In this document: one piece after another, positions 53,421-63,900 of the stretch
Layout of the letters: every line of letters starts with the position of its first letter
How positions within the stretch are numbered: the stretch's first letter is position 1
From: Candidatus Poribacteria bacterium
GTDB lineage: Bacteria > Poribacteria > WGA-4E > PCPOR2b
Reading direction: 5' to 3'
DNA: 64,000 nt
Assembly (NCBI GenBank): GCA_965218095.1
Contig: OZ244587.1
Span: 2,592,001-2,656,000 of the forward strand
Translations under genes and position numbers: made by a program
The notes under the pieces: generated by a model
What the model was told of the DNA's origin: nothing
What the model saw: the letters and a program-made list of their open reading frames with translations, nothing else
Databases searched by the model: none

Positions 53421-54605
53421 CTATTCGGTTAGCATGAAATCTATCAAAAATTGATAGCTATCTATCACAAACAACTCGTCATCCACAACATCATTCTCAA
53501 ACAGATAATTCTCCTCAATGCGGTTTGTTCTGATAAGGATTTTCTTCCCAAAGCCTTTATTTTCACACGCCTTTTTGAGTAACGCTTTCGCCTCCTGTAT
53601 ACTCTCATGCTCTTTTTGAATTTTGATAGCAACGGATTTACCGTTATCGTCTTTCCTGAGAATGCCATCTATGCCCCTGTTATTCGGAACAACTCGTGCG
53701 TCCAATGTTTGAAGTATCGCCACTGTTTGACTGTCTCTGTTCCGGTGATTCCGGGTCTGAGTTTCCGAGACTTTGGACTCGCTCTTTATCGGATTTTCCA
53801 AGCGTTTTTGGGTCAAAGCAACTGCATCCGCCGAGACGTCTATCCCTATATACTTTCGATTGAGTAACTTTGCAGCGACGAGTGTTGTACCACTACCGCA
53901 AAACGGGTCGAGCACTGTATCGCCTGCATCAGTCACAAGTTCAATGATACGCTCCAAAAGAAGAATCGGTTTTTGCGTTGGATACCCGACGCGCTCCGTC
54001 GCTTTTGGGTTCAGATAAGGGATGTCCCAAACGTCTGTTAAAGGCACCCCTTTTTTGAACTTCCCGGAAATCACCTGACCACTCTCGTCTGTTCTATAGA
54101 CCGATTTACCGTTTTTATCTCTCTCTCTCTCTTGCAAAATCTGCTCAATGTTTGTTATTGGCGAATAATCGGTGAAAATTTTATTCAACTTATAACGAGC
54201 GGTTTTACTGTAGAAGTAAATCGTTTGATGAGTGTTCAATAACCCTCTTTTGGCATTAGACCATCGCCTGTAATGCCATATAATTTCACTTCTAAAGTTA
54301 GACACCCCGAACACATCATCCAGAATCAACCGCAAATGGTGTGATGCAGAGCGGTCACAATGTAAAAAGATGCTACCTGTCTCCTTTAAAACACTCGCAC
54401 ACTCGGAAATCCGCTCCTGTAGAAACCTTCGATACGCATCAACATTGTTCCAGCTATCGTGGAATTGATACACTTTAGAATTATCCCGTGTTTTTAGCCT
54501 TTGCGTCTTCTGTGTAAAAAACGGCGGATCAAGGCAGACTAAATCGACTGACGTAGCATCTATTTTTCTCATCTCAAAAAGACAGTCACCTTTATAGAGT
54601 GTCAT
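53421..54605 (-). CDS. Beta-class N6/N4 DNA methyltransferase
   Basis: LDPPF before YPTQKP and LDPFCGSGTT. Confidence 0.92.
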   Translation of the reverse strand: MTLYKGDCLFEMRKIDATSVDLVCLDPPFFTQKTQRLKTRDNSKVYQFHDSWNNVDAYRRFLQERISECASVLKETGSIFLHCDRSASHHLRLILDDVFGVSNFRSEIIWHYRRWSNAKRGLLNTHQTIYFYSKTARYKLNKIFTDYSPITNIEQILQERERDKNGKSVYRTDESGQVISGKFKKGVPLTDVWDIPYLNPKATERVGYPTQKPILLLERIIELVTDAGDTVLDPFCGSGTTLVAAKLLNRKYIGIDVSADAVALTQKRLENPIKSESKVSETQTRNHRNRDSQTVAILQTLDARVVPNNRGIDGILRKDDNGKSVAIKIQKEHESIQEAKALLKKACENKGFGKKILIRTNRIEENYLFENDVVDDELFVIDSYQFLIDFMLTE

Positions 54606-54681
54606 AGACCTAACTCCCAAAATAAACCGGCTGTGAATCGCGTGAAAGCAGCAGATTAACTGTCCATTATCGGTGTTTATT

Positions 54682-55305
54682 TTATCTGTTTTCTTCAGCT
54701 ATCCGCGTTAAAATTGCCTGCAAATCAACATCAGTCTTTGTCCTCACATAACTCCAAGCACCATCTCCGGCGTAATATTCACCACCTAATCCGGTATAAA
54801 CAGTTTTTAGCGTGTCCTGAATCCTTATCGCCTGTGCACGGTTGGGATAGTAAAACATAATTCTTATGGGAATATATCCGGTTTCCTGAATGACTTTTGC
54901 CCGGGTGTGTTCTTTGGTGATATGGTCGCCATCCGTTGTGGCGTCACGCCATTTTATCTCAAAGGCTTCGTTACGAACTAAACAATCAATCTCAAATGTC
55001 TTCGGTCTTCGCCCAATGGTATTTGAAATTTTCACTTTGATTTGTGCATCAGAGAATTTACACTGAAAACATCGGATAACTGCTTCCTCCAGAAAAGAAC
55101 CGGCGTACCTTTAAAGGAATCGTCCCTTGTTCTGATAAAGGTCGATAAGTTCCCCTTCCTTGCTCGTTATCCCTAACACTTGATAAATGAGGTAATGGGT
55201 TTTATCGTCACCTTCCATCTCCGCCTTTCTCCCAGTAATTCTGGTTTTAAGCCTTTCTGCATATTCAGACGCAAGCCCTCTTATTTGTTGTTCGATTAAG
55301 CCCAT
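54682..55305 (-). pseudogene. ApaLI/XbaI-family restriction endonuclease with in-frame TAA at 55111-55113
   Basis: YQNKGRFL*RYAGSFLEEA, FEIDC, EIKWRDATTDGDH, MFYYPNR. Confidence 0.85.
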
Positions 55306-55381
55306 AAAGAATTAGAGTTCCAAGATAGTGCTTCAGAAACCGAGATTTTCGGATAACCTCTCAATCAAAAACTCGACTTCT

Positions 55382-55610
55382 CTAGCGATCTCCTAAATCA
55401 ATTTCATCAAGTGTCGCGGCGGTTGCAGCTTTCTCAAAGAGCGAATCGAGATGGGAAAGACTTCGCATTGACGTAATCTTGTTGATAACCGATTCGGGGA
55501 TAGAATCAAATCTTAGATGTAACAGTTTGAGTACTGCCTCTCATTTCGCTTCTGTTTTGCCTTGAGAAATGCCCTGCTTTTCGCCTCGTTTTACGCCTTG
55601 TTCAACTTTA
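55382..55610 (-). pseudogene. C-terminal remnant of Rpn/DUF4351-like protein
   Basis: GEKQGISQG..EAK*EAVLKLLHLRFDSIP; TGA at 55541-55543. Confidence 0.55.
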
Positions 55611-55855
55611 AAATTTTAACACACCGGGTGGCTATCCAGCAAGCATTATCTATTGCTCACTACCACAAGGGTTAAAGAGGGCTGTAAAGATTTTGACAAA
55701 GGGATCAGTCAGAAACCGAGTTTTTTTACTCCCCCAACGGACAATATCCCCCCAAATAGGATCAATAGAGATTTCTGTGCCAACACGCCAATGAAAAACT
55801 CGGTTTCTTGCCGAAATCTTTACAGACTCGTTAAAGGCTCGGTCTTGACAAATAT

Positions 55856-56068
55856 AGTTTAGCCTTACGAATTCCCAAACCGCTCGCTCGCCAGATTGGG
55901 CTCGAACCCAATTCACCGGTCGGATTATCGCTCCGTGGTACAGAGTTAGTCATTGCACCTGTGAGGCAGCCCGGTTTGAAGCTGGAGGACCTTTTAGCCC
56001 AAGTGACGGAGCACAACTTGCACGGTGAAGTGGACACCGGGGACCCGCTAGGTGGTGAGGTATGGTGA
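55856..56068 (+). pseudogene. mazE: MazE/AbrB antitoxin lacking its N-terminus
   Basis: SLALRIPK..LEDLLAQVT..HGEVDTG..GGEVW*; no start codon. Confidence 0.8.
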
Positions 56069-56502
56069 AGTCAACCGAGTACATCCCACAGCGCGGCGAT
56101 GCAATATGGATTAACTTCAATCCGCAAGCGGGGCATGAGCAAGCCGGACATCGCCCCGCCGTTGTGCTCTCACCAGGGGCTTATAACAGCAAGGCTAGTT
56201 TGGCGATTCTCTGCTTAATTACCAATCAAGTGAAGGGGTATCCTTTTGAGGTCGCTATCCCTGCGGGGCTGGATCTGACAGGTGTGATTCTGGCAGATCA
56301 GGTCAAGAGCATGGATTGGCGGGCGAGAAATGCCGTGTTGATATGTCCTTTGCCCACGGAGACAGTCGATGCGATTTTACCCGCACAGGTTTTGAACTCA
56401 AGATTACAGAAACGCATTGACGCCGATCCCCGAATCAAGGAGCGATTCCTCAGCGGCATTCCAAGTGGTCAATTCGGCAGTCCCGACGACATCCACGGCT
56501 AG
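56062..56502 (+). CDS. mazF: MazF/PemK endoribonuclease with C-terminus fused to an SDR fragment
   Basis: YIPQRGD, FNPQAGHEQAGHRPAVVLS, YPFEV, ADQVKSMDW; foreign tail after about aa 107. Confidence 0.8.
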   Translation: MVKSTEYIPQRGDAIWINFNPQAGHEQAGHRPAVVLSPGAYNSKASLAILCLITNQVKGYPFEVAIPAGLDLTGVILADQVKSMDWRARNAVLICPLPTETVDAILPAQVLNSRLQKRIDADPRIKERFLSGIPSGQFGSPDDIHG

Positions 56503-56679
56503 CCATGTTTCTCGCATCAGATGCGTCGTCATGGATTACTGGTGCAACTATTCCGATGGACGGTGGCAACCTTGCGATGAACGCCGACTTGCGGTTTCTG
56601 GTTCCCTAGTTTGTCTCGCAAGACGGGGTGTTTTTAGTTGAGGGTTCACCCTGATGTTGTGTCGGTTCACGATTGTGTA

Positions 56680-57150
56680 TCATTCACCTGCTACTACGGG
56701 TAGCCCGACGAAAAGCCGGCTGTCAATATCCGCAAGCGGATCGACTTCGCCCATCGCTGCGGCACGGGCGAAAACGACGCCGGGGTGCTTTGCTCGCATC
56801 GCACGCACGAGGACGGTGAAGCCTTTCGGTTCGCTGCTGTCGCGCAATTCCCACGCGACTCGTTCCCGTTCCAAATTGAATCGAACAAGCCCCTCCCGTG
56901 AGACGACACAGAACGCGTAGAGTTCATCAGGCGTTAAGCCATCGCAATACCCGTGGCGAATAATGACATCTCCGCCTCGAATGTCTGAAACCATTCCTCG
57001 CGCCCCGACAACTGAAGCGAGTCGATGAAGCCTGCTGTGTGGACCGCGGCTTTTGACCGCGAGAATGTGCGGTCCCAAGTTGTTGTCAGCGAAATCTCTG
57101 TACGCGGCAATCCACTCGATAAGTTCCTCTGCGTAGGCGTTCCACTCTAA
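56680..57150 (-). other. Hypothetical ORF, probably 5'-truncated
   Basis: Coding-like open frame without convincing start or family motif. Confidence 0.3.
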
Positions 57151-57293
57151 AGGCTTCCATTATAAATGACACCGCAAGGGATTAAAAAGTTCACGGGATG
57201 GCAAACGAAAAATTCAGCGGAAGCATTGTTGGTTCAGTGGAAAAACGAATCAGCAGGCGAAGGGGTGATTCAGATAGGTGAAAAAAAACTGTT

Positions 57294-57323
57294 TGGCAAA
57301 AATACCACATATCGTGCTATAAT
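57294..57323 (+). promoter_or_regulatory. Extended -10 promoter candidate for the helicase-methyltransferase operon
   Basis: TGCTATAAT with TATAAT at 57318-57323. Confidence 0.5.
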
Positions 57324-57469
57324 GGTTGATACCTGCCGAATCCTGTTATGAGTAAACCAGTAGAGAGTTTCCAGAAGTAGTGAAAATTTGGAATTCAAAC
57401 CTCCGTCCGCTCGGCGTTCCAGTCCCTGCTCTAATTGTGTGGACGACAATTTGAAAGGAATCGTTCTAA

Positions 57470-60400
57470 ATGCCCCGCATCTTCGATAACATTGATCAAC
57501 AGCTGCTACCCGCACTCCGCGAGATCCTCAAAACCGCCGATCATGCCGACTTTTGCGTCGGCTATTTTAACCTGCGGGGATGGAGGGGACTCAGTTCCTA
57601 TATTGAGGAGTGGGAAGGTGGCGAAGGGGACTGTTGCCGCCTACTGGTAGGAATGCAACCGCCTCCTGAAGAAACTCTTCGGGGTGCCATGCGCCTTGAT
57701 AAGCAGGACGATGGAATTGACAATCAAACGGCGTCGCGTTTGAAACAAAGATTGGCAGAGGAGTTCCGCGAACAGTTGACCGTCGGTGTGCCGACCCGTG
57801 AAGATGAAAAGGGTTTGCGCCAATTGGCACGGCAGATCCGCCACGACAAGGTAAAGGTAAAGCTGTTTCTTCGACATCCCCTCCATGCAAAGCTCTATCT
57901 GCTTTATCGACCGGACCCGATTGCGCCGATTGTGGGTTATCTGGGCAGTAGCAACCTGACCCTTGCCGGACTTTCACGGCAGGGCGAACTCAACGTTGAT
58001 GTGGTCGATTCAGACGCCTGTCAGAAATTAGAAGCCTGGTTTGAAGATCGATGGAGTGACAAATGGTGTATTGATATCTCTAAGGAATTGATTGAAATTA
58101 TCGGGCAGAGTTGGGCGCGTGAAGAACGGATTCCGCCGTATCACATCTACATCAAAATGGCGTATCATCTGTCAAACGAAGCGCGTGCGGGATTGACCGA
58201 ATTTCAGATTCCACACGATTTTGAGGGTAAGCTATTTGAATTCCAAACCGCAGCGGTTAAAATTGCAGCGCATCACTTGAACAGACGCGGTGGGGTACTG
58301 ATCGGGGATGTCGTTGGTCTCGGCAAAACGTTGATGGGAACAGCACTCGCACGAATATTTGAAGACGACCACGACCTTGAAACGCTGATTATCTGTCCGA
58401 AGAATCTGGTGAAGATGTGGGAGGATTATCGGCAGAAGTATCGCCTACGTGGAACGGTGTTTCCAATCAGCCGGGTCATCTCTGAGTTGCCGCAGCTTCG
58501 ACGCTATCGCCTTGTCCTGATTGATGAGAGCCATAACCTTAGAAACCGCGAGGGAAAACGCTATAGTGCGATTCGGGAATATATCGAAAAAAATGAGAGC
58601 AAGGTTATCCTCCTCTCTGCAACCCCCTACAACAAAACCTATCTCGACCTCTCTAACCAGTTGCGCCTGTTTGTTGATGAAAGCGGAGACTTGGGGATTC
58701 GACCGGAGCAACTGCTCAAGGCGTTAGGCGGTGAAACTGCGTTTGTTCGCAAACACCAAAGTGGTCCCCGAACGCTTGCAGCCTTTGAGCAGAGCGAATA
58801 CATTGACGATTGGCGTGAATTGATGCGCCTCTATCTTGTGCGCCGTACGCGCAGCTTCATCATAGATAACTACGCCGAAACAGAACCCAAGACGGAACGG
58901 AAATTTCTCACCTTCCCCGATGGGACCCGTTCCTACTTTCCCACACGGCTTCCCAAAACAGTGAAGTTCCCAATTGATGACCAAAACCCTGATGACCCCT
59001 ACGCCCAATTGTACTCTCCGCATGTTGTGAATACCATTAGCAATCTGAAACTGCCTCGATATGGGCTTGCAAATTACATTGACGACGCACCATCGGGACC
59101 GCCGACACCCAGCGAGCAACAAACATTGGACAACCTCTCCCGTGCAGGGAAGCGGTTGATCGGCTTCAGTCGGACCAACCTTTTTAAGCGACTGGAAAGT
59201 AGCGGACACGTGTTCATCCAATCCGTCGAGCGGCACATTCTGCGAAACTATATTTACCTCTACGCGATTGAAAACAACAAACCGCTACCGATTGGAGCGC
59301 AAAATGCCGAGATGCTTGATTCACGCCTCTACGATGAAGATGCCGATGCCCTGAATCTCATATCCGATCCGTTCGATGACGACACTGAGGAACAAGTTGA
59401 TGACACCAGTTCACAATTGGCTTCCTATACAACCGATGCGTTCAAAGAGGAAGCCGCTGAAATCTATCATCTCTACACGACGCAATACAAAAGTCGGTTT
59501 AGGTGGATTCGGCCGGATCTCTTCCGTCGATCACTTTGGAAAGAGCTCACCGATGACGCGCACGCCTTGTTTGAAATCTTGCAACAATACGGCACATGGG
59601 ATGCGGAAAAAGATGCAAAACTGAACGCACTTGAGGACCTCTTAACCCAAACCCATCCCGACGATAAAGTTCTAATTTTCACGCAATTTGCCGATACGGT
59701 GCGCTATCTGAATGAGGCTCTTTCGGCGCGTGGGATTTCTCAGCTAGCCGAGGTAACGGGTGACTCACCGGATCCGACCGAACTGGCATGGCGGTTCAGT
59801 CCGGTCAGCAACAATAAGGAGGATAGCAGCACGCCGCAAAACAAGTTACGGGTTCTCATTAGCACAGATATACTGAGTGAAGGACAGAACCTACAAGATT
59901 GTGCGATTGTTGTCAACTATGACCTACCTTGGGCAATCATCCGCTTGGTTCAACGCGCCGGACGTGTTGACCGGATTGGTCAAGAAGCTGAAAAGATTTT
60001 GTGTTATTCGTTTCTACCGGTAGAAGGTGTCGAGCGCATCATCGCTCTGCGGGCACGCGTCCGGGCACGCCTACATCAGAATGCGGAGGTTGTCGGCACG
60101 GACGAAGCGTTTTTTGAAGATGATGACGATGAAAAAGCGATTGTTGACCTCTACCATGAACGAGCGGACTTGCTTGACGATGAACTGGATAACGATGTTG
60201 ATCTCGCCTCTTATGCGTATCAGATTTGGAAAAATGCGATTACCCAAGATCCAGGCTTAGAACAGACCATTTCTCAACTGCCATATGTCGTCTATTCGAC
60301 ACGACCACACCTCCCGACGGAGACGGAACCGGAAGGTGCACTTATTTACATGCGAACGGGCGAGGGAAACGATGCGCTGGCACGGATAAACCGAGACGGG

Positions 60401-60862
60401 CAGAGTGTAACGGAATCCCAGTTTGCAATTCTGGGTGCCGCAACGTGCGAACCGGATACCCCGGCACTGCCCCCGCTTGAAGAGCACCATCACCTCGTGA
60501 AACGGGGGACAGAGTTGATAGCAGCCGAGGAGAGGTCTGTTGGTGGAGGATTGGGACGACCATCGGGCGCCCGATTCCGTACCTATGAACGTCTGAAACA
60601 GTACGCCGAAGAAGTGAAAGGAACGTTATTTGATACGCCGGAACTGAAACGAGCCATTGAAGACATCTATCGATACCCGTTGCGTCCGGGGGCGACCGAT
60701 ACCCTCAATCGTCAACTGCGTAGCGGTATTTCCGATCAAGCGCTTGCGGAACTGGCGATCACGCTGCGGGACGAGGGTCGGCTCTGTATTGTTCAAGAAG
60801 AAAGACAGACGCGAGAACCGCAGATTATCTGTTCATTGGGGCTTGCCGCAAATGATTCCTGA
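57470..60862 (+). CDS. PLD-nuclease / SNF2-type helicase fusion
   Basis: HAKLY..GSSNLT..ELN; DVVGLGKT, DESH, SATP, SEGQNLQ, QRAGRVDRIG. Confidence 0.92.
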   Translation: MPRIFDNIDQQLLPALREILKTADHADFCVGYFNLRGWRGLSSYIEEWEGGEGDCCRLLVGMQPPPEETLRGAMRLDKQDDGIDNQTASRLKQRLAEEFREQLTVGVPTREDEKGLRQLARQIRHDKVKVKLFLRHPLHAKLYLLYRPDPIAPIVGYLGSSNLTLAGLSRQGELNVDVVDSDACQKLEAWFEDRWSDKWCIDISKELIEIIGQSWAREERIPPYHIYIKMAYHLSNEARAGLTEFQIPHDFEGKLFEFQTAAVKIAAHHLNRRGGVLIGDVVGLGKTLMGTALARIFEDDHDLETLIICPKNLVKMWEDYRQKYRLRGTVFPISRVISELPQLRRYRLVLIDESHNLRNREGKRYSAIREYIEKNESKVILLSATPYNKTYLDLSNQLRLFVDESGDLGIRPEQLLKALGGETAFVRKHQSGPRTLAAFEQSEYIDDWRELMRLYLVRRTRSFIIDNYAETEPKTERKFLTFPDGTRSYFPTRLPKTVKFPIDDQNPDDPYAQLYSPHVVNTISNLKLPRYGLANYIDDAPSGPPTPSEQQTLDNLSRAGKRLIGFSRTNLFKRLESSGHVFIQSVERHILRNYIYLYAIENNKPLPIGAQNAEMLDSRLYDEDADALNLISDPFDDDTEEQVDDTSSQLASYTTDAFKEEAAEIYHLYTTQYKSRFRWIRPDLFRRSLWKELTDDAHALFEILQQYGTWDAEKDAKLNALEDLLTQTHPDDKVLIFTQFADTVRYLNEALSARGISQLAEVTGDSPDPTELAWRFSPVSNNKEDSSTPQNKLRVLISTDILSEGQNLQDCAIVVNYDLPWAIIRLVQRAGRVDRIGQEAEKILCYSFLPVEGVERIIALRARVRARLHQNAEVVGTDEAFFEDDDDEKAIVDLYHERADLLDDELDNDVDLASYAYQIWKNAITQDPGLEQTISQLPYVVYSTRPHLPTETEPEGALIYMRTGEGNDALARINRDGQSVTESQFAILGAATCEPDTPALPPLEEHHHLVKRGTELIAAEERSVGGGLGRPSGARFRTYERLKQYAEEVKGTLFDTPELKRAIEDIYRYPLRPGATDTLNRQLRSGISDQALAELAITLRDEGRLCIVQEERQTREPQIICSLGLAANDS

Positions 60863-60867
60863 ATTAG

Positions 60868-60900
60868 AGAAACCGAGTTTTTCAAAAAAACTCGGTTTCT
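60868..60900. repeat. Perfect palindromic repeat AGAAACCGAGTTTTT..AAAAACTCGGTTTCT
   Basis: 15-bp arms directly after the helicase stop. Confidence 0.85.
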
Positions 60901-60969
60901 TGTTCGCATTGACCGCAATTGACCACATCTATTCATTGAGGCTCGCCGCAGGCGCAGGAGATAACGCCG

Positions 60970-63900
60970 ATGCAAATTAATCGCGACCGGACCCGTCAAC
61001 TCCTGAGAGACTTTGAATTTAAATCCCTCCTAGTTGAAGAACTCGGTTGGGACCGTCACAGAGGAGAGGTCAAAACTGAAATCCGAGAAAAGGGGGTTGA
61101 TGAAACCGAATATTCATTGACCGCAATTGCCCAAAAACACGGAATGGCTGTCTTTCACTGTTCGGCAAGAATCGATGGGAGGATTCCAGATTATGCGACC
61201 CGGCGTAAAATTCAACGGGAGGTTGCCAAATCTGTCTACGAACACCTCATCATTTACACTGACGCTGAGAAGACCACACAGATCTGGCAGTGGGTCAAAC
61301 GGGAGCAAGGGAAGCCCCTTGCATGTCGTGAACAATCCTATCGTCGCGAACAGTCCGGTGAGGCACTGATCCAAAAACTGAATACAATCGTTTTTAGCTT
61401 AGCAGAGGAAGAAGAAGGTCTCACGCTGCTGGACGTAACAAGCCGCGTTCGTGCAGCTTTTGACGTGGAACGCGTGACCAAACGATTTTATGACCGTTTC
61501 AAAACGGAACACGCCCGGTTTCTCAACTTTCTCGAAGGAATTCCTGATCAAGAGATGCAACGCTGGTACGCTTCGGTGATGCTGAATCGCCTGATGTTCA
61601 TCTACTTTATCCAGAAGAAAGGTTTCCTGAACAACAACCCGGATTATTTGCGGACCAAACTGGCAAAAAGTAAAACAAACGGTAGAGATCAATACTACAC
61701 TGCTTTTCTCTGTCCACTATTCTTTGAGGGGTTTGCGAAACCGGAGTCCGAACGGAGCAGAGAGGCGAAGCGGCTGCTCGGAAAAGTGCCTTACCTGAAC
61801 GGCGGTATCTTTCAGCGACACCAACTTGAGGAACTCCATGTCGAAGACTCTCGGAACGGAGGGGAAAGGATTCAGATTCCTGACGCTGCATTTGAGGGGC
61901 TTTTTAATTTCTTTGAGGCGTACCAATGGCACCTCGACGAGCGTCCACTGCGGAACGATAACGAGATTAACCCAGATGTCCTCGGCTACATCTTTGAAAA
62001 ATATATCAACCAGAAGCAGATGGGCGCGTACTACACCAAGGAGGACATCACGGAGTATATCAGCAAAAATACGGTGATTCCGTTTCTCTTTGATGCTGCG
62101 CGAAAGAAGTGTAAAATCGCTTTCGAGGGGAAGGCAAGCCTCTGGCAATTGCTAGGAACCGACCCAGACCGTTACATCTACGATGCCGTCAAAACGGGTA
62201 TCGAATCGGATCTGCCGCCGGAGATCGCCGCAGGGATCGACGATGTATCTAAACGCGGACTGTGGAACACGTCTGCGCCCGATAAATATGCTTTACCGAC
62301 GGAGATATGGCGAGAGGTCGTCGCACGGCGGAGTCAATACGAATCAATTCACGCTAAACTTTCAAACGGAGAAATAGATGACATCAACGCCCTCATTACT
62401 TATAACCTCGACATCCGCCAATTCGCACACGACGTAATTGAAAATTGTGAGGGACCCGAGTTGCTACGCGCCTTCTGGAAAGCCATCAATCAGGTGACCA
62501 TCCTTGATCCGACCTGCGGTTCCGGGGCGTTCCTGTTTGCTGCCCTCAATATCCTTGAACCACTCTACGAAGCATGTCTGGATCGGATGGAGGTCTTTCT
62601 TGAAGAGTTAGAACATACCCGCGAAAAGCCGCGTACCGAAAGATTTAGGGATTTCCGCAAAGTTCTTGAAGATATTGAGCAGCACCCAAATCGCCGTTAT
62701 TTCATTCTCAAGTCAATTATTGTCAACAATCTCTACGGTGTAGACATTATGGAGGAGGCGATAGAGATTTGTAAGTTGCGGCTCTTCCTCAAAATGGTGG
62801 CACAGATCGAGGATGTAGATCAGATTGAACCGCTTCCTGACATCGACTTTAACATACAAGCGGGGAATACGCTCGTCGGATATGCGACATACAACGAGGT
62901 GGAAAAAGCGGTCACCGAGAAGTTAGACTTTGATAATACGATGACACGCATTAAAGAAGGGGCGGAAGACGTCAAGCAGTTGTTTGATCGGTTTCGTGAG
63001 CAGCAGACGGAATTGGGCGGTGCCGTAACACCTGATGACAAACAGGCGTTGCGGGATAAACTCAAGGTGTTAGAAGATGAACTCAACCGTTACCTTGCCG
63101 GAGAATACGGCGTAGATCCGAATAAAGGATCTGCTTACCAGAATTGGCTCTCTTCGCACAAGCCGTTCCACTGGTTCATTGAGTTTTACGGAATTCTCAA
63201 GGACGGTGGGTTTAATGTAATTATTGGAAATCCACCGTATGTTTCTATTCGGAAAATAGACTATACATCTAGTCTTGAAGAAAGACTAAAGTTACCCGAC
63301 TTATACGGTTATGTCTTGATTCGGACCCTTGATCTGAGCTCCGATAATGGAAGAAATGGTATGATAATACCGTTGTCTATTACTTTCAGCCGTGATTTTT
63401 CACTATTACGCGAGAGTTTATATATTGAAGGAATCTCTTGGTTTTCGTCTTTTGACAATATCCCGGCCTCAATATTTGCAGGGGTTAGCCAAAGGTGTAC
63501 TATTTGGATAGGCTGCAAGTGCAAGTCTATAGAACGCGCCTGCTTTTCAAGCCCTATGTATCGTTGGCGTTCGATCACAAGATCCTGCTTAATAGATAGA
63601 ATAAATTATGTAAAAATCGCCTGGGAAAATAACAAGGTATTGGGGATCCCTAAAATCCATGATACCGTTCTTTCCAAAGTTCTTGATGTGATAGATGTTA
63701 GAACACACAAACCGTCTCAACGCGTTTTCGCATTACCAAAAGAAACTTCATTATCTCTCTATTTTTCGCCCTCGGCACGCAACTTTATCTCAGTTTTTAA
63801 ATCTGAACCTCCCTGTTTAGATGCCCATACGCTTGAAATAGTATCTTCTTCCTCAGTCCAAAAAGTCAACTTACACAGAAAAACAAACATCAACTCTGCA

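Noticed and set aside
14777-55543. Stop-codon reassignment as the cause of in-frame stops
   Set aside because: TAA, TAG and TGA all terminate intact genes here, and the replaced residues differ; only the UGA at 18648 has Sec context.
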